This document shows positions 1-8,093 of a stretch of 64,000 bases of DNA, in pieces; within the stretch, counting starts at the first letter, position 1; each line of letters opens with the position of its first letter. The DNA is from an uncultured Pseudomonadales bacterium (GTDB lineage Bacteria; Patescibacteriota; Microgenomatia; UBA1400; MFAQ01): NCBI GenBank assembly GCA_964513845.1, contig CAZENT010000001.1:42450-106449 (forward strand). The letters run 5' to 3'. Both the position numbers and the translations under genes were made by a program. The notes below the pieces were generated by a model, which saw only the letters and a list, made by a program, of their open reading frames with translations, searched no databases and was not told the DNA's origin.

Positions 1-1886
1 GAAGCGTCGCCTTCTGATCTAATAACAATCTTGTCACCAGGCAAAAGCTTAGTTGTTTCTTTGGGTGACCCTTTCAATACACCCCTTGGAGGGATATTTA
101 CTCTCTTAGCAAGAGGAACCACAGTTCCATCACTTTTCTCAACAAAGACAGTCAATTTTGCCCAACCTCGCCTAAATTTTTCTCCTTTTTTGTATTCTAT
201 ACCATGTAAGTCCTCAGTATCACCAATTGAAACTTCAATTCTTTCAAAAGAAATTTCTTCATCAATATCAATACTAAGATCTCCTGTGGAATTACCACTC
301 TTAGACAGAGTAAAACCTTCACCATCGGTCGTTACGGGAAAATCTAACTTGGATACATCAGGGTGATTAAGAGGAATGCTCATATCATAAAAACCCATTC
401 TGGGATGAATTCCACCACCGTATGTAGGAGATAAAATATTATTAGCTAAGTCGACGAATTCAGTATTAGGAGTAAACTTCATTTCGAGTTTTGTAGATAG
501 TTCCTTTGGAAAAGTTTCAATCTCTAATCCTTTAAAAGAGACAACCCCCTTCTCCCCCTTTCCTGCACCCACGATTAGGACTCTCTTCGCTCTAATTTCT
601 CCATGACTCTCTACCCAATCATGTAAGATTTCTGCCTCTGGGTTACTAAATGGTCTATGCTCAGCAAACTTTGAACTACCAGAATCAACCCATCGATCTG
701 TTGTTTCATCAAAGACGAATATATTTGTGTAGGCTCCTTCTTCATCCCATCCTTCTGAATCAAGAGAATCTCGGTATTTTTCAGCTTTTCTATGGTGAAG
801 AGTAACTGCGTCAAGTATCCGCGCGCTAATATGATCAGGAAGTTCGATTAATACAGCATCTCCATTTTTTAGATCAATCTCGGAAGCTCCGCGATCTAAA
901 TCAAATTTTACCGAATTCATAGTGCCGTCAGAAGGCGCCTCGATAGTCCTTACTATTCTAGGACTTCCTATAGATTCCAATCTAAGATCACTTATTGATA
1001 AATCAGCACCCTCAATATGTCTAACCGGAGCTGATTCCCTATAAATTAAGGGTTTGATCTTTGTTCTTATAAGATCTAACAGACCAGGTCTCTTCATTTC
1101 ATCTCTTCTTTCAACCACAGCATCTGCCTCCACAACGTCTTCAACTAAGCCAAATCTTTTAGCTATGAAGTTCTTCCTTCCAATCAGCGAATCTTTTAGC
1201 TCCTGCCTTAAATCACTGTCAGTCAAGCCAGACGAGTCGACTATTTGAATAATCCTCTCATCGGTTAGTTTCTCTACAAGCATTTTAGCTTGAGATTTCA
1301 TTTCATCGTCTGAAACATTTTCAAAGACCATACCGGCAGGGTACATTGGATTACGCATACTATCCAGTTCAATAATGCTATCAGAAGGAAAATCTTTTTT
1401 TTCACCCCTAGCGCGGAATATTAATGATCCACCGTTATCAACTCTCCAGCAGTGGCCATCTGGAGATTTCATTATGTTATCAAAGGCGCTTCCACCAACA
1501 TCCCTATTACCCAAAAAAGCATCAACTACAAAACCAGACAATACTTCTTGCTCATTTGACATTTCCGAAGGGCTTAATGTTTTTAATCCTTTAATTTCTT
1601 TTGAGACAAAAGCTACTTTTCCATCGACTTCGGTAACAACAGTCTCCGGTACATGTAAACCAACTTCACGGTAAATTTCATTTGCAATTGCTTCAATTCT
1701 CGATCTGTCAGTGTTCGGATAAAATTTTACATAAAACCTTTCATCTGATTCATTCGTAAACCATCCACCATCATTAGAACCCTCCCTGCCAGAAACCTGA
1801 GTGAGTAGTCCTGGTTCCAAAACCTTAGGTTTTTGCTCATTCCGTGCTCCATTATCAGCTGAAGCATCATAATAAATATTTTCCAT
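1..1886 (-). CDS. Large hypothetical protein, N-terminal 628 codons (gene runs off the window start); possible atypical kinase-like domain
   Basis: Manual translation of the minus strand from ATG at 1886 (MENIYYDASADNGARNEQKPKV...) stays open to position 1. It is absent from the ORF track because no stop lies in the window. Motifs FLGNRDVGGSAFDNIM and VDNGGSLIF loosely resemble kinase catalytic/DFG-like loops. Plus-strand ORFs 31-366, 1054-1248 and 1375-1674 are antisense to it. Confidence 0.6.
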   Translation of the reverse strand, partial: MENIYYDASADNGARNEQKPKVLEPGLLTQVSGREGSNDGGWFTNESDERFYVKFYPNTDRSRIEAIANEIYREVGLHVPETVVTEVDGKVAFVSKEIKGLKTLSPSEMSNEQEVLSGFVVDAFLGNRDVGGSAFDNIMKSPDGHCWRVDNGGSLIFRARGEKKDFPSDSIIELDSMRNPMYPAGMVFENVSDDEMKSQAKMLVEKLTDERIIQIVDSSGLTDSDLRQELKDSLIGRKNFIAKRFGLVEDVVEADAVVERRDEMKRPGLLDLIRTKIKPLIYRESAPVRHIEGADLSISDLRLESIGSPRIVRTIEAPSDGTMNSVKFDLDRGASEIDLKNGDAVLIELPDHISARILDAVTLHHRKAEKYRDSLDSEGWDEEGAYTNIFVFDETTDRWVDSGSSKFAEHRPFSNPEAEILHDWVESHGEIRAKRVLIVGAGKGEKGVVSFKGLEIETFPKELSTKLEMKFTPNTEFVDLANNILSPTYGGGIHPRMGFYDMSIPLNHPDVSKLDFPVTTDGEGFTLSKSGNSTGDLSIDIDEEISFERIEVSIGDTEDLHGIEYKKGEKFRRGWAKLTVFVEKSDGTVVPLAKRVNIPPRGVLKGSPKETTKLLPGDKIVIRSEGDA

Positions 1887-2064
1887 AACAATACTTTTGA
1901 AAACTAAAGAAACTAATAATTTTAAGTATACCCCCGCAACAACTTAACCACCATAATTTGTTAACTCTTAAGTATGTCTTTCTCGTTGGTAATTCAAATA
2001 TTCTCATTGAACAAAATTAGATACATTCTTCTTGATAGGATACAAGCAAACCAGGGGAATTATT

Positions 2065-2370
2065 TTACTGTTTGGACTCCAATAAATTCTCTGCCAACGG
2101 TTCGATTATTTTTTCTAAGAGTTCTTGGTCTGAAAAAGTGGAAGCCAATGATTGGAGAATTGCGGTTCTTTGTTCTTCGTTGGTTTCTTCCCAAGGATTA
2201 AATTTTAGATGCTTTTCCAGTTCTGTAATTGAACTAACCGCCTTATGTTTTAGATCTACGTTTACGCATTTTACATCAGCGGCTCTCTCCTTTCCGATGT
2301 AGAGTAGGTCTTCTTTGTTAACCACGAGCACTTCATCTCCTAATTTTGCTACCGGGTATAGTTCGTTCAT
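2065..2370 (-). CDS. Small (~101 aa) conserved partner protein, paralog of 4969..5274; candidate immunity/antidote-like partner
   Basis: ORF-track 2065..2382 with likely true ATG at 2370 (MNELYPVAKLGDEVLVVNK...). It lies 1 nt after the stop of the upstream 373-aa gene and is ~65% identical to the 4969..5274 product. Confidence 0.6.
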   Translation of the reverse strand: MNELYPVAKLGDEVLVVNKEDLLYIGKERAADVKCVNVDLKHKAVSSITELEKHLKFNPWEETNEEQRTAILQSLASTFSDQELLEKIIEPLAENLLESKQ

Positions 2371-2371
2371 T

Positions 2372-3493
2372 TTAATATTCAATTAATTTAATTAACGATT
2401 CGGGATGCGCTTCTTTAAATTTATTATATATTTTTTTAACCTCTTCTATTTCATCGTCATCGAGGTCATTATTTTTAGATATGTAAATGGCCTCTATATC
2501 CTCGAATTTAAGTTGTCCATGAAATTGGGCTTCGGTGTATGAAGCACCCCATGTCACTTTGCTTGATTTTTCTAGACTGGCAAGTATATTTTCAACATAC
2601 CCACTAATACGAAAGCTTGTGAAGTGTGGCTTTGAGGCTGGGGTTGGTGGCCATTCATCTTTGGGGCTAAGACTGTCTTGGAAAGCGATCGTTGTTTTTT
2701 GTAATGCGCGCTCCCTCTTTATCTTAACTGTAATTTTTCCGTATGCGTCTACTGAGTTTGGTGGGGGGATTTCACCATCGTAATTTATAACCCCATATTC
2801 ATTATTTGAAAAATAGCCGTATATTGGTCTGTTTTCTTTGTTCTCATCAACAACCTCATCGGGAATACCTTCTCCGCGATGTCCTGAAGAATAATCAACA
2901 CCCTTACGCCCATTAAATGCAAACATCAGCACCTCAGCTTGAGCTCTGTAACTCTGATTTAAACAACCATCACTATGATTTGTTTCAAATTGACTTTTGA
3001 ATCGACCATCTTCGTTCAACACTTTGTCGAGTACGAATACGCTTGTCGCTCTGAAAAAATTAGATTCACCTACAATCGCCTCAATCTTTTTTTGCAATTC
3101 TACTTTAAACTCTTCTACTGTCATTCTGGCATCCATAGCCGCTTCCTCATATAATTCAAGATGTTCCTTTTCTGCATTGATAATGTTTCTCCGCATTCTG
3201 TCCTTTATCTCTGGATTTGCTTCTAGGTTTATAGCTTCCCAGTCTTGAAAATATTTTTCAGTTACAGCGGAAGGAAATTCAGTTTTTTCGTGAATTGTTT
3301 CTTCTGAAACCAGTGATGTTTCGGGATCAGAAACTCTTGAAATCGCGGCACCCCCGAATCTAGATCGGAGTTTGGCGAGAATATCAGAACTCACATCCTT
3401 TATGGTTTTCTTTTTTGTTTCAAATGTTGGTGACATTTCCATGTATGCTTCTGCCATGCACTTTATTATTGCGGTTATATATATAAGAGTCAA
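2372..3493 (-). CDS. Hypothetical protein (373 aa) with conserved ~290-aa C-terminal domain shared with 3612..4964
   Basis: Long ORF. Its C-terminal region aligns by eye with the 450-aa paralog on shared motifs NFFRAT, GRFKSQFET, RPIYGYFS, YG.ITVK.KR.RAL.K, PPTPA.KPHFTS, YTEAQFHG and IKLIEY. Confidence 0.7.
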   Translation of the reverse strand: MTLIYITAIIKCMAEAYMEMSPTFETKKKTIKDVSSDILAKLRSRFGGAAISRVSDPETSLVSEETIHEKTEFPSAVTEKYFQDWEAINLEANPEIKDRMRRNIINAEKEHLELYEEAAMDARMTVEEFKVELQKKIEAIVGESNFFRATSVFVLDKVLNEDGRFKSQFETNHSDGCLNQSYRAQAEVLMFAFNGRKGVDYSSGHRGEGIPDEVVDENKENRPIYGYFSNNEYGVINYDGEIPPPNSVDAYGKITVKIKRERALQKTTIAFQDSLSPKDEWPPTPASKPHFTSFRISGYVENILASLEKSSKVTWGASYTEAQFHGQLKFEDIEAIYISKNNDLDDDEIEEVKKIYNKFKEAHPESLIKLIEY

Positions 3494-3611
3494 TAATCTG
3501 CATGATGGTGGAGTAGAAGATGCAATTAAGTAATTGATGAGAAAAAGATAAGAAATCTATTATCACTGATGTAAATTCCTCAATATTTTTAAAATAAATT
3601 ATATTGCTATA

Positions 3612-4964
3612 ATGACTTTTGTGACAGAAATATCAACGGAAGAACCGCCATTGTTTGAACTAGAAAAGGGAATGCCTTTGAAAGATTTTTCTGAAATAAT
3701 TGATAAAATCAAGCCAAAATTGGGACTTGAGAGTTCAACCAAATCTTCCAAACCCATATACCCTGAAATAAGGTTTGACGAAGAAGGATCTATGATAGAA
3801 CCGCCGTTGCTTGAACCAGAAAAAAGAACACGATTGAAAAAATTTTCTGATATTATCGAAAAAATCAAGCCAAAATTGAGACTTGAGAGTTCGGCTTCAC
3901 CTTTCGAAGAATCCATATACCCTGAAATAAAGTTTGACGAAGAAGGATCTATGATAGAACCGCCATTGTTTGAACTAGAAAAAAGAATACTATTGAAAGG
4001 ATTTTCTGCAATTTTAGAAAAAATCAAATCAAAATTGAGACTTGAAAGTTCACCTAAATCTGAGACAACTAGAAAATATTTCGAAGATTGGGATGCTCTA
4101 CACTTAGATGCTAACCCGGAAATAAAGGAAACAATGAGAAAAAATATTCTTATTGCTGAAAAACAACACCAAAAAATCTACGAACAAGCTGCTCGTGAGG
4201 CAGGCGTTAGCATTGAAGTATTTAAGAAAAAATTACAAGAAAAAGTTGAAAGGGCGGTTGAGAACTCTAATTTCTTTAGAGCAACAAAAATTAGTGTATT
4301 AGATAAAGTTCTCAATGGAGATGGTCGATTCAAAAGTCAATTTGAAACACATGATAGTGGTGGCTTTTTGAATCCATCTTTTAGAGCATTGGCAGAAATG
4401 AAAATGTTTGGTTTCAATATGCCACCAGGCGGTTTCAAATTTTCCACTGCGGGTTATCATGGGAGCAAAATTCCAGATAGCATTGTGCACGATAACTGTG
4501 AAAGAAGACCAATTTATGGATATTTTTCCGATAATGAACATGGAGAAATCAATGAACGTGGAACAAACCCCCCATCAAATAATTTAGTTCAATATGGCGA
4601 GATAACTGTAAAATTAAAAAGGGATCGGGCTTTAGAAAAAGCAACATTGAGTTTTCAAGACAGCCTTGATTATAAAGACTGTCCTCCAACACCAGCGATA
4701 AAACCACATTTTACGAGCCTAGAAATTGGTGATGCTTATTCTGATGTAATACTAGATAGAGTTGAAAATCCAGGTACAACGAAATGGGGGTCAGTATACA
4801 CCGAAGCTCAGTTTCATGGGGGGCTAACATTAGACGATATTGATGTAATTTATGTTTCTACCGGTAACAGACTATATGACGACCAGATCATAGAGGTCCG
4901 CGAGATATATAATAGATTTATTCAATCGCATCCCGATTCAGATATTAAATTAATTGAATATTAA
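3612..4964 (+). CDS. Hypothetical protein (450 aa): three N-terminal ~53-aa tandem repeats plus the conserved C-terminal domain shared with 2372..3493
   Basis: ATG at 3612 follows a TATAAT-like box at 3604-3609. Repeats EPPLFELEK...IYPEI(R/K)FDEEGSMI occur three times. The C-terminal domain is homologous to the 373-aa paralog. Confidence 0.7.
   Translation: MTFVTEISTEEPPLFELEKGMPLKDFSEIIDKIKPKLGLESSTKSSKPIYPEIRFDEEGSMIEPPLLEPEKRTRLKKFSDIIEKIKPKLRLESSASPFEESIYPEIKFDEEGSMIEPPLFELEKRILLKGFSAILEKIKSKLRLESSPKSETTRKYFEDWDALHLDANPEIKETMRKNILIAEKQHQKIYEQAAREAGVSIEVFKKKLQEKVERAVENSNFFRATKISVLDKVLNGDGRFKSQFETHDSGGFLNPSFRALAEMKMFGFNMPPGGFKFSTAGYHGSKIPDSIVHDNCERRPIYGYFSDNEHGEINERGTNPPSNNLVQYGEITVKLKRDRALEKATLSFQDSLDYKDCPPTPAIKPHFTSLEIGDAYSDVILDRVENPGTTKWGSVYTEAQFHGGLTLDDIDVIYVSTGNRLYDDQIIEVREIYNRFIQSHPDSDIKLIEY
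3642..4064 (+). repeat. Three tandem ~159-nt (53-codon) coding repeats within the 3612..4964 gene
   Basis: Near-identical DNA units begin gaaccgcc(a/g)ttg(t/c)ttgaac at 3642, 3801 and 3960. The third unit is truncated. The antisense ORF 3599..4027 is an artefact of this repeat. Confidence 0.85.
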
Positions 4965-4968
4965 AAAA

Positions 4969-5274
4969 ATGAACGAACTGTATCCAGTAGCAAAATTAGG
5001 AGATGAAGTGCTTGTGATAAACAAAGATGACATACCACTCATCGGAAAAGAGAACGCGGAAGACGTTAAATGTGTTAGTGTTGATTTAAAACATAAAAGA
5101 ATTGACCCTTTGGCGGCATTGGAAAATCATCTAAAATTTAATCCTTGGGAAGAAACAAGCGAGGAAGAAAGAAGCGCTATTCTTCAGTCTCTGGCAACGA
5201 TATTCCCTAATCAGGATATCTTAGAAAAAATTATTAAGCCCCTCGTCGGAAGCTTAGTTGATTCAAAAAAGTAA
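4969..5274 (+). CDS. Small (~101 aa) conserved partner protein, paralog of 2065..2370
   Basis: ORF-track 4954..5274 starts at TTG. The likely true ATG is at 4969 (MNELYPVAKLGDEVLVINK...), 4 nt after the stop of the 450-aa gene. Confidence 0.6.
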   Translation: MNELYPVAKLGDEVLVINKDDIPLIGKENAEDVKCVSVDLKHKRIDPLAALENHLKFNPWEETSEEERSAILQSLATIFPNQDILEKIIKPLVGSLVDSKK

Positions 5275-5339
5275 TTTCTTTTATTGCTTAAGTCAACAAT
5301 CTATCCACAGAACATATACAACCCAACTGGAAGAATATT

Positions 5340-5816
5340 CTAAAATAGACCTTTTTTCTTGAGTACTTGGATATCTTCTTGAAGATTGCTGAGTCTTTTT
5401 TCAATATCTTTTAAGGCATTGACGACATCGTCCTCTTCTGCGTCGTCCTCGACATAATCATCAGAAATGCCTTTGACGTTTAACTCAAGACTGTCCACGT
5501 CTTCTTGGATGTCACCAATATCCTCACCCAAGTCCTCAACGTCTTCTTGGATATTATCAATGTCTTTTTCTACTCCAGCAAGACTCTTTGTGGTGCGATT
5601 GACGGTCATCTGAATAAAGATGGAGAGATAAATGGCTTCAAGTGATACGGCGGTAGTAAGGATTAGAAGGACTTTATCGAGAGCCATCCCAAAAATTATC
5701 AAGATAAAAATACCCATAAATAGAGCTGTGTGAACCAAGATTGATTGTGGGGTACCAATCCAAAAAGTCAGTTTCTGCGACGCACGATCGAGGTTTGTAA
5801 TCTTTTTTTTGGGCAT
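5340..5816 (-). CDS. Small membrane protein with two TM helices and an acidic C-terminal coiled coil (DUF1003-like)
   Basis: ORF 5340..5864, with internal ATG at 5816 (MPKKKITNLD...). It has a hydrophobic hairpin followed by a D/E-rich repeat region. Confidence 0.5.
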   Translation of the reverse strand: MPKKKITNLDRASQKLTFWIGTPQSILVHTALFMGIFILIIFGMALDKVLLILTTAVSLEAIYLSIFIQMTVNRTTKSLAGVEKDIDNIQEDVEDLGEDIGDIQEDVDSLELNVKGISDDYVEDDAEEDDVVNALKDIEKRLSNLQEDIQVLKKKGLF

Positions 5817-5886
5817 CGTGTTATTTTCCCACAAATTGATGATAAAATACTGCCCATATCGCACACTAAAAAGAATTGGAGGAAGA

Positions 5887-6285
5887 ATGAGACCTGTATT
5901 GCAAGCTATTTTGATACCAACACGTGATTTTCAATTGAAAACTGATATTATGACTGGCTATAAAGATATCTTAATCTGGGAAGGTCATCGAGATTATCAT
6001 GTCGGAACAGTATTATTTTGTGATTGGGAAGAACCGTGGGTGGTAAGGGCATATATTTATGAAGTTCAACTCAAGATTCTGTCTCAAGTTACCCAAGAGG
6101 AATTGGAGCTGAATGATATTAACTCTATTGAAGAGCTGCTTAAGAAAATGCAAGAGCGCTACGGAGACATTACCATGGATTCACCTGTAACAGTTATTCG
6201 ATGGAAAAATGTTTGTGGTGCTTTGACCAGGAATGAAGAAATATATCATTATTCCAAGGTACACAAGACCAAACTCAATTTTTAG
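5887..6285 (+). CDS. Hypothetical protein (132 aa)
   Basis: ATG at 5887 is preceded by a GGAGG Shine-Dalgarno at 5878-5882. An intrinsic terminator follows immediately. Confidence 0.5.
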   Translation: MRPVLQAILIPTRDFQLKTDIMTGYKDILIWEGHRDYHVGTVLFCDWEEPWVVRAYIYEVQLKILSQVTQEELELNDINSIEELLKKMQERYGDITMDSPVTVIRWKNVCGALTRNEEIYHYSKVHKTKLNF

Positions 6286-6294
6286 ATTGAATTT

Positions 6295-6323
6295 AGCCAA
6301 CGAGAAATCGTTGGCTTTTTTAT
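6295..6323. terminator. Bidirectional rho-independent terminator between convergent genes
   Basis: Stem agccaacga / tcgttggct with loop gaaa, followed by TTTTTTATTT. Confidence 0.65.
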
Positions 6324-6854
6324 TTAAAAGATGTCTTCGGGAGGGAGGAATTCTTCACCATTGGCAGCTTGAGGTTTGAACTCGGTTTTGAGCCAGAGAA
6401 CATAGTCGCAACCAGTGGCTTTCTTTTCTTCTCTATCCCAGCCAGAAGTCGAACATTTTTTCATTTTTTTACCGGCCGCGGTGGTGTAGAGAACTAGAGG
6501 TTCGCCACATTTGGGACATTTTTCGTCAAGCTTTTCGGTGGTTCCGTTGATCCATTCAACGTAGTCGCAACCTGTGGCCTTTTTGGCTTCTTTATCCCAA
6601 CCACCGGCACTACATTTCTTCATTTTTTTACCAAAACGTGTCACCTGAAGAACTAAAGGTTCGCCACATTTGGGACATTTTTCATCAAGAGTTTGTGGCT
6701 CAACCTCTAACCATTTGACATAGTCACAGCCATCGGTTTTGTGAGTTTCGGTGTTCCAGACACCCGTTGAACAGCGTCTAAGCTTTCGGCCGGTTGGGGT
6801 TTCGGTAATTTCTGATAGTGGTGCGCCACATTTGGGACATTTTTCTTCTTCCAT
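6324..6854 (-). CDS. Stand-alone protein of three tandem C4 zinc-ribbon repeats resembling topoisomerase-I C-terminal zinc ribbons
   Basis: Three ~57-aa repeats, each CPKCG(A/E)PL...GKKMKKCS..GW.....GCDYV.W. Confidence 0.65.
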   Translation of the reverse strand: MEEEKCPKCGAPLSEITETPTGRKLRRCSTGVWNTETHKTDGCDYVKWLEVEPQTLDEKCPKCGEPLVLQVTRFGKKMKKCSAGGWDKEAKKATGCDYVEWINGTTEKLDEKCPKCGEPLVLYTTAAGKKMKKCSTSGWDREEKKATGCDYVLWLKTEFKPQAANGEEFLPPEDIF

Positions 6855-6896
6855 GCTTATTAGATTAACACATCTTGGACAAGAAGACGAGATGAA

Positions 6897-7214
6897 TTAG
6901 GAAAGGTCTTTGAGAATTTGCTTTACAATTTTGTTGGCGGCTGTTCGGATATCCTCTTCGATGTCTGGACCGACATTCTTTTTGAGGTAAGCAATAAGCT
7001 CCGGATCGTAAGGGCGTTCGTGAACTTGGGATAGAAAAGTACCGTGATTCTGAGGATTAAGCCTTTCCAAGATATGTGCCACAATCCCCTGGTATAAAAT
7101 ATCGTCTATCAATTGAAGAGCTTTTCCTTTTTGATTTTCAGGTTCTGCCTTTTGATTTATCAACTCAACAATCTGGGTTTTGATGATTAAATGGTCGAAA
7201 AAAAGTGGTGCCAT
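6897..7214 (-). CDS. Hypothetical protein (105 aa)
   Basis: ORF in an operon-like position between the RlpA-like gene and the zinc-ribbon gene. No recognisable motif. Confidence 0.4.
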   Translation of the reverse strand: MAPLFFDHLIIKTQIVELINQKAEPENQKGKALQLIDDILYQGIVAHILERLNPQNHGTFLSQVHERPYDPELIAYLKKNVGPDIEEDIRTAANKIVKQILKDLS

Positions 7215-7219
7215 ATTTT

Positions 7220-8089
7220 TTAGTAATTAATAGGTCCTAGGGGAATTTTATTTTCCGGATCGTCGATAAATAACATGAGAATTAAACCCTTTCGAGGCCC
7301 TTTGTTGAGATCGAGCGCCTGCATGGTTTCGGGTGAACCACCAAACTGCTTTCCTGTCCACTCTGCCGGACCGGCGTCTCCAATAACGCACACCACGGCT
7401 TGACCATTGACAGGATTGACGACGAGCATTTTTCTTAATGCGTAAAAATCTTTGAGATATTTAAAATCTCTGTTCCAGTTCTCAAGATAGAGTGTTTGAA
7501 CAACACAGTAATATTTTTCTTGAAGGTAAGTTTTGGTGGAGTAATCTCTTTGATCTTTGACAAAGTAACCAAAAGCACCAAGACCCGGAGCGATACCGGC
7601 CTCTTGAATTTCATCGTGTTCAGCTAGAGTATCTCCAGGATAGCGATATAGATGTTGTTCGAAGCCAATATAGCCAACATGGTGATTGAGTGACTGACCG
7701 TCTAAAACTGCTTTTACAGGAATACCGGTGTTATCGGTGAGGAGTTTCTCAATTTTGGACGCTTGATCCTCAGTAAGTTTGGCAGGCTGATGTGGAACAA
7801 TCTCCTGTAAATTACCTAAAACTTTTTGCTTGTTTGAAAGTATGGATTCGACGGGATTGGATATTTCTGTCGGAATCGAGGCAGTCTGGGGCATGGGCAT
7901 GGCCAACAAACTACCAACCAAGCCAGCTCCAGCCAATAAACGACCAGATTTTTGACGAAGTTCAAAGGCAAGGAGGGTAGTTTTGGAGAAGAATTTTTTG
8001 GCGGCAGGATTCTTGAGAATTTTTTTGCGTAAAATATTCGATCTCTTTTCGAGTTTGGCGATGGAGTTTTGCAGATTGCTATCAGGCAT
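7220..8089 (-). CDS. Membrane-anchored RlpA-like double-psi beta-barrel (DPBB) domain protein
   Basis: N-terminal TM segment (LLAGAGLVGSLLAM). The C-terminal VVNPVNGQAVVCVIGDAGPAEWTGKQFGGSPETMQALDL resembles the RlpA motif V.N..NGrsvvvrvnDrGP...iDLS. Confidence 0.5.
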   Translation of the reverse strand: MPDSNLQNSIAKLEKRSNILRKKILKNPAAKKFFSKTTLLAFELRQKSGRLLAGAGLVGSLLAMPMPQTASIPTEISNPVESILSNKQKVLGNLQEIVPHQPAKLTEDQASKIEKLLTDNTGIPVKAVLDGQSLNHHVGYIGFEQHLYRYPGDTLAEHDEIQEAGIAPGLGAFGYFVKDQRDYSTKTYLQEKYYCVVQTLYLENWNRDFKYLKDFYALRKMLVVNPVNGQAVVCVIGDAGPAEWTGKQFGGSPETMQALDLNKGPRKGLILMLFIDDPENKIPLGPINY

Positions 8090-8093
8090 TATT

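Noticed and set aside
31-1674. Plus-strand ORFs 31-366, 1054-1248 and 1375-1674 from the ORF track
   Set aside because: They are antisense to the long open minus-strand gene (1..1886). Their products are low-complexity (S/T/P/L-rich) and they have no SD.
3599-4027. Minus-strand 142-aa ORF overlapping the N-terminus of the 450-aa gene
   Set aside because: It is the antisense reading of the 159-nt tandem repeats, so it appears as a repeated peptide. It is an artefact of the repeat.
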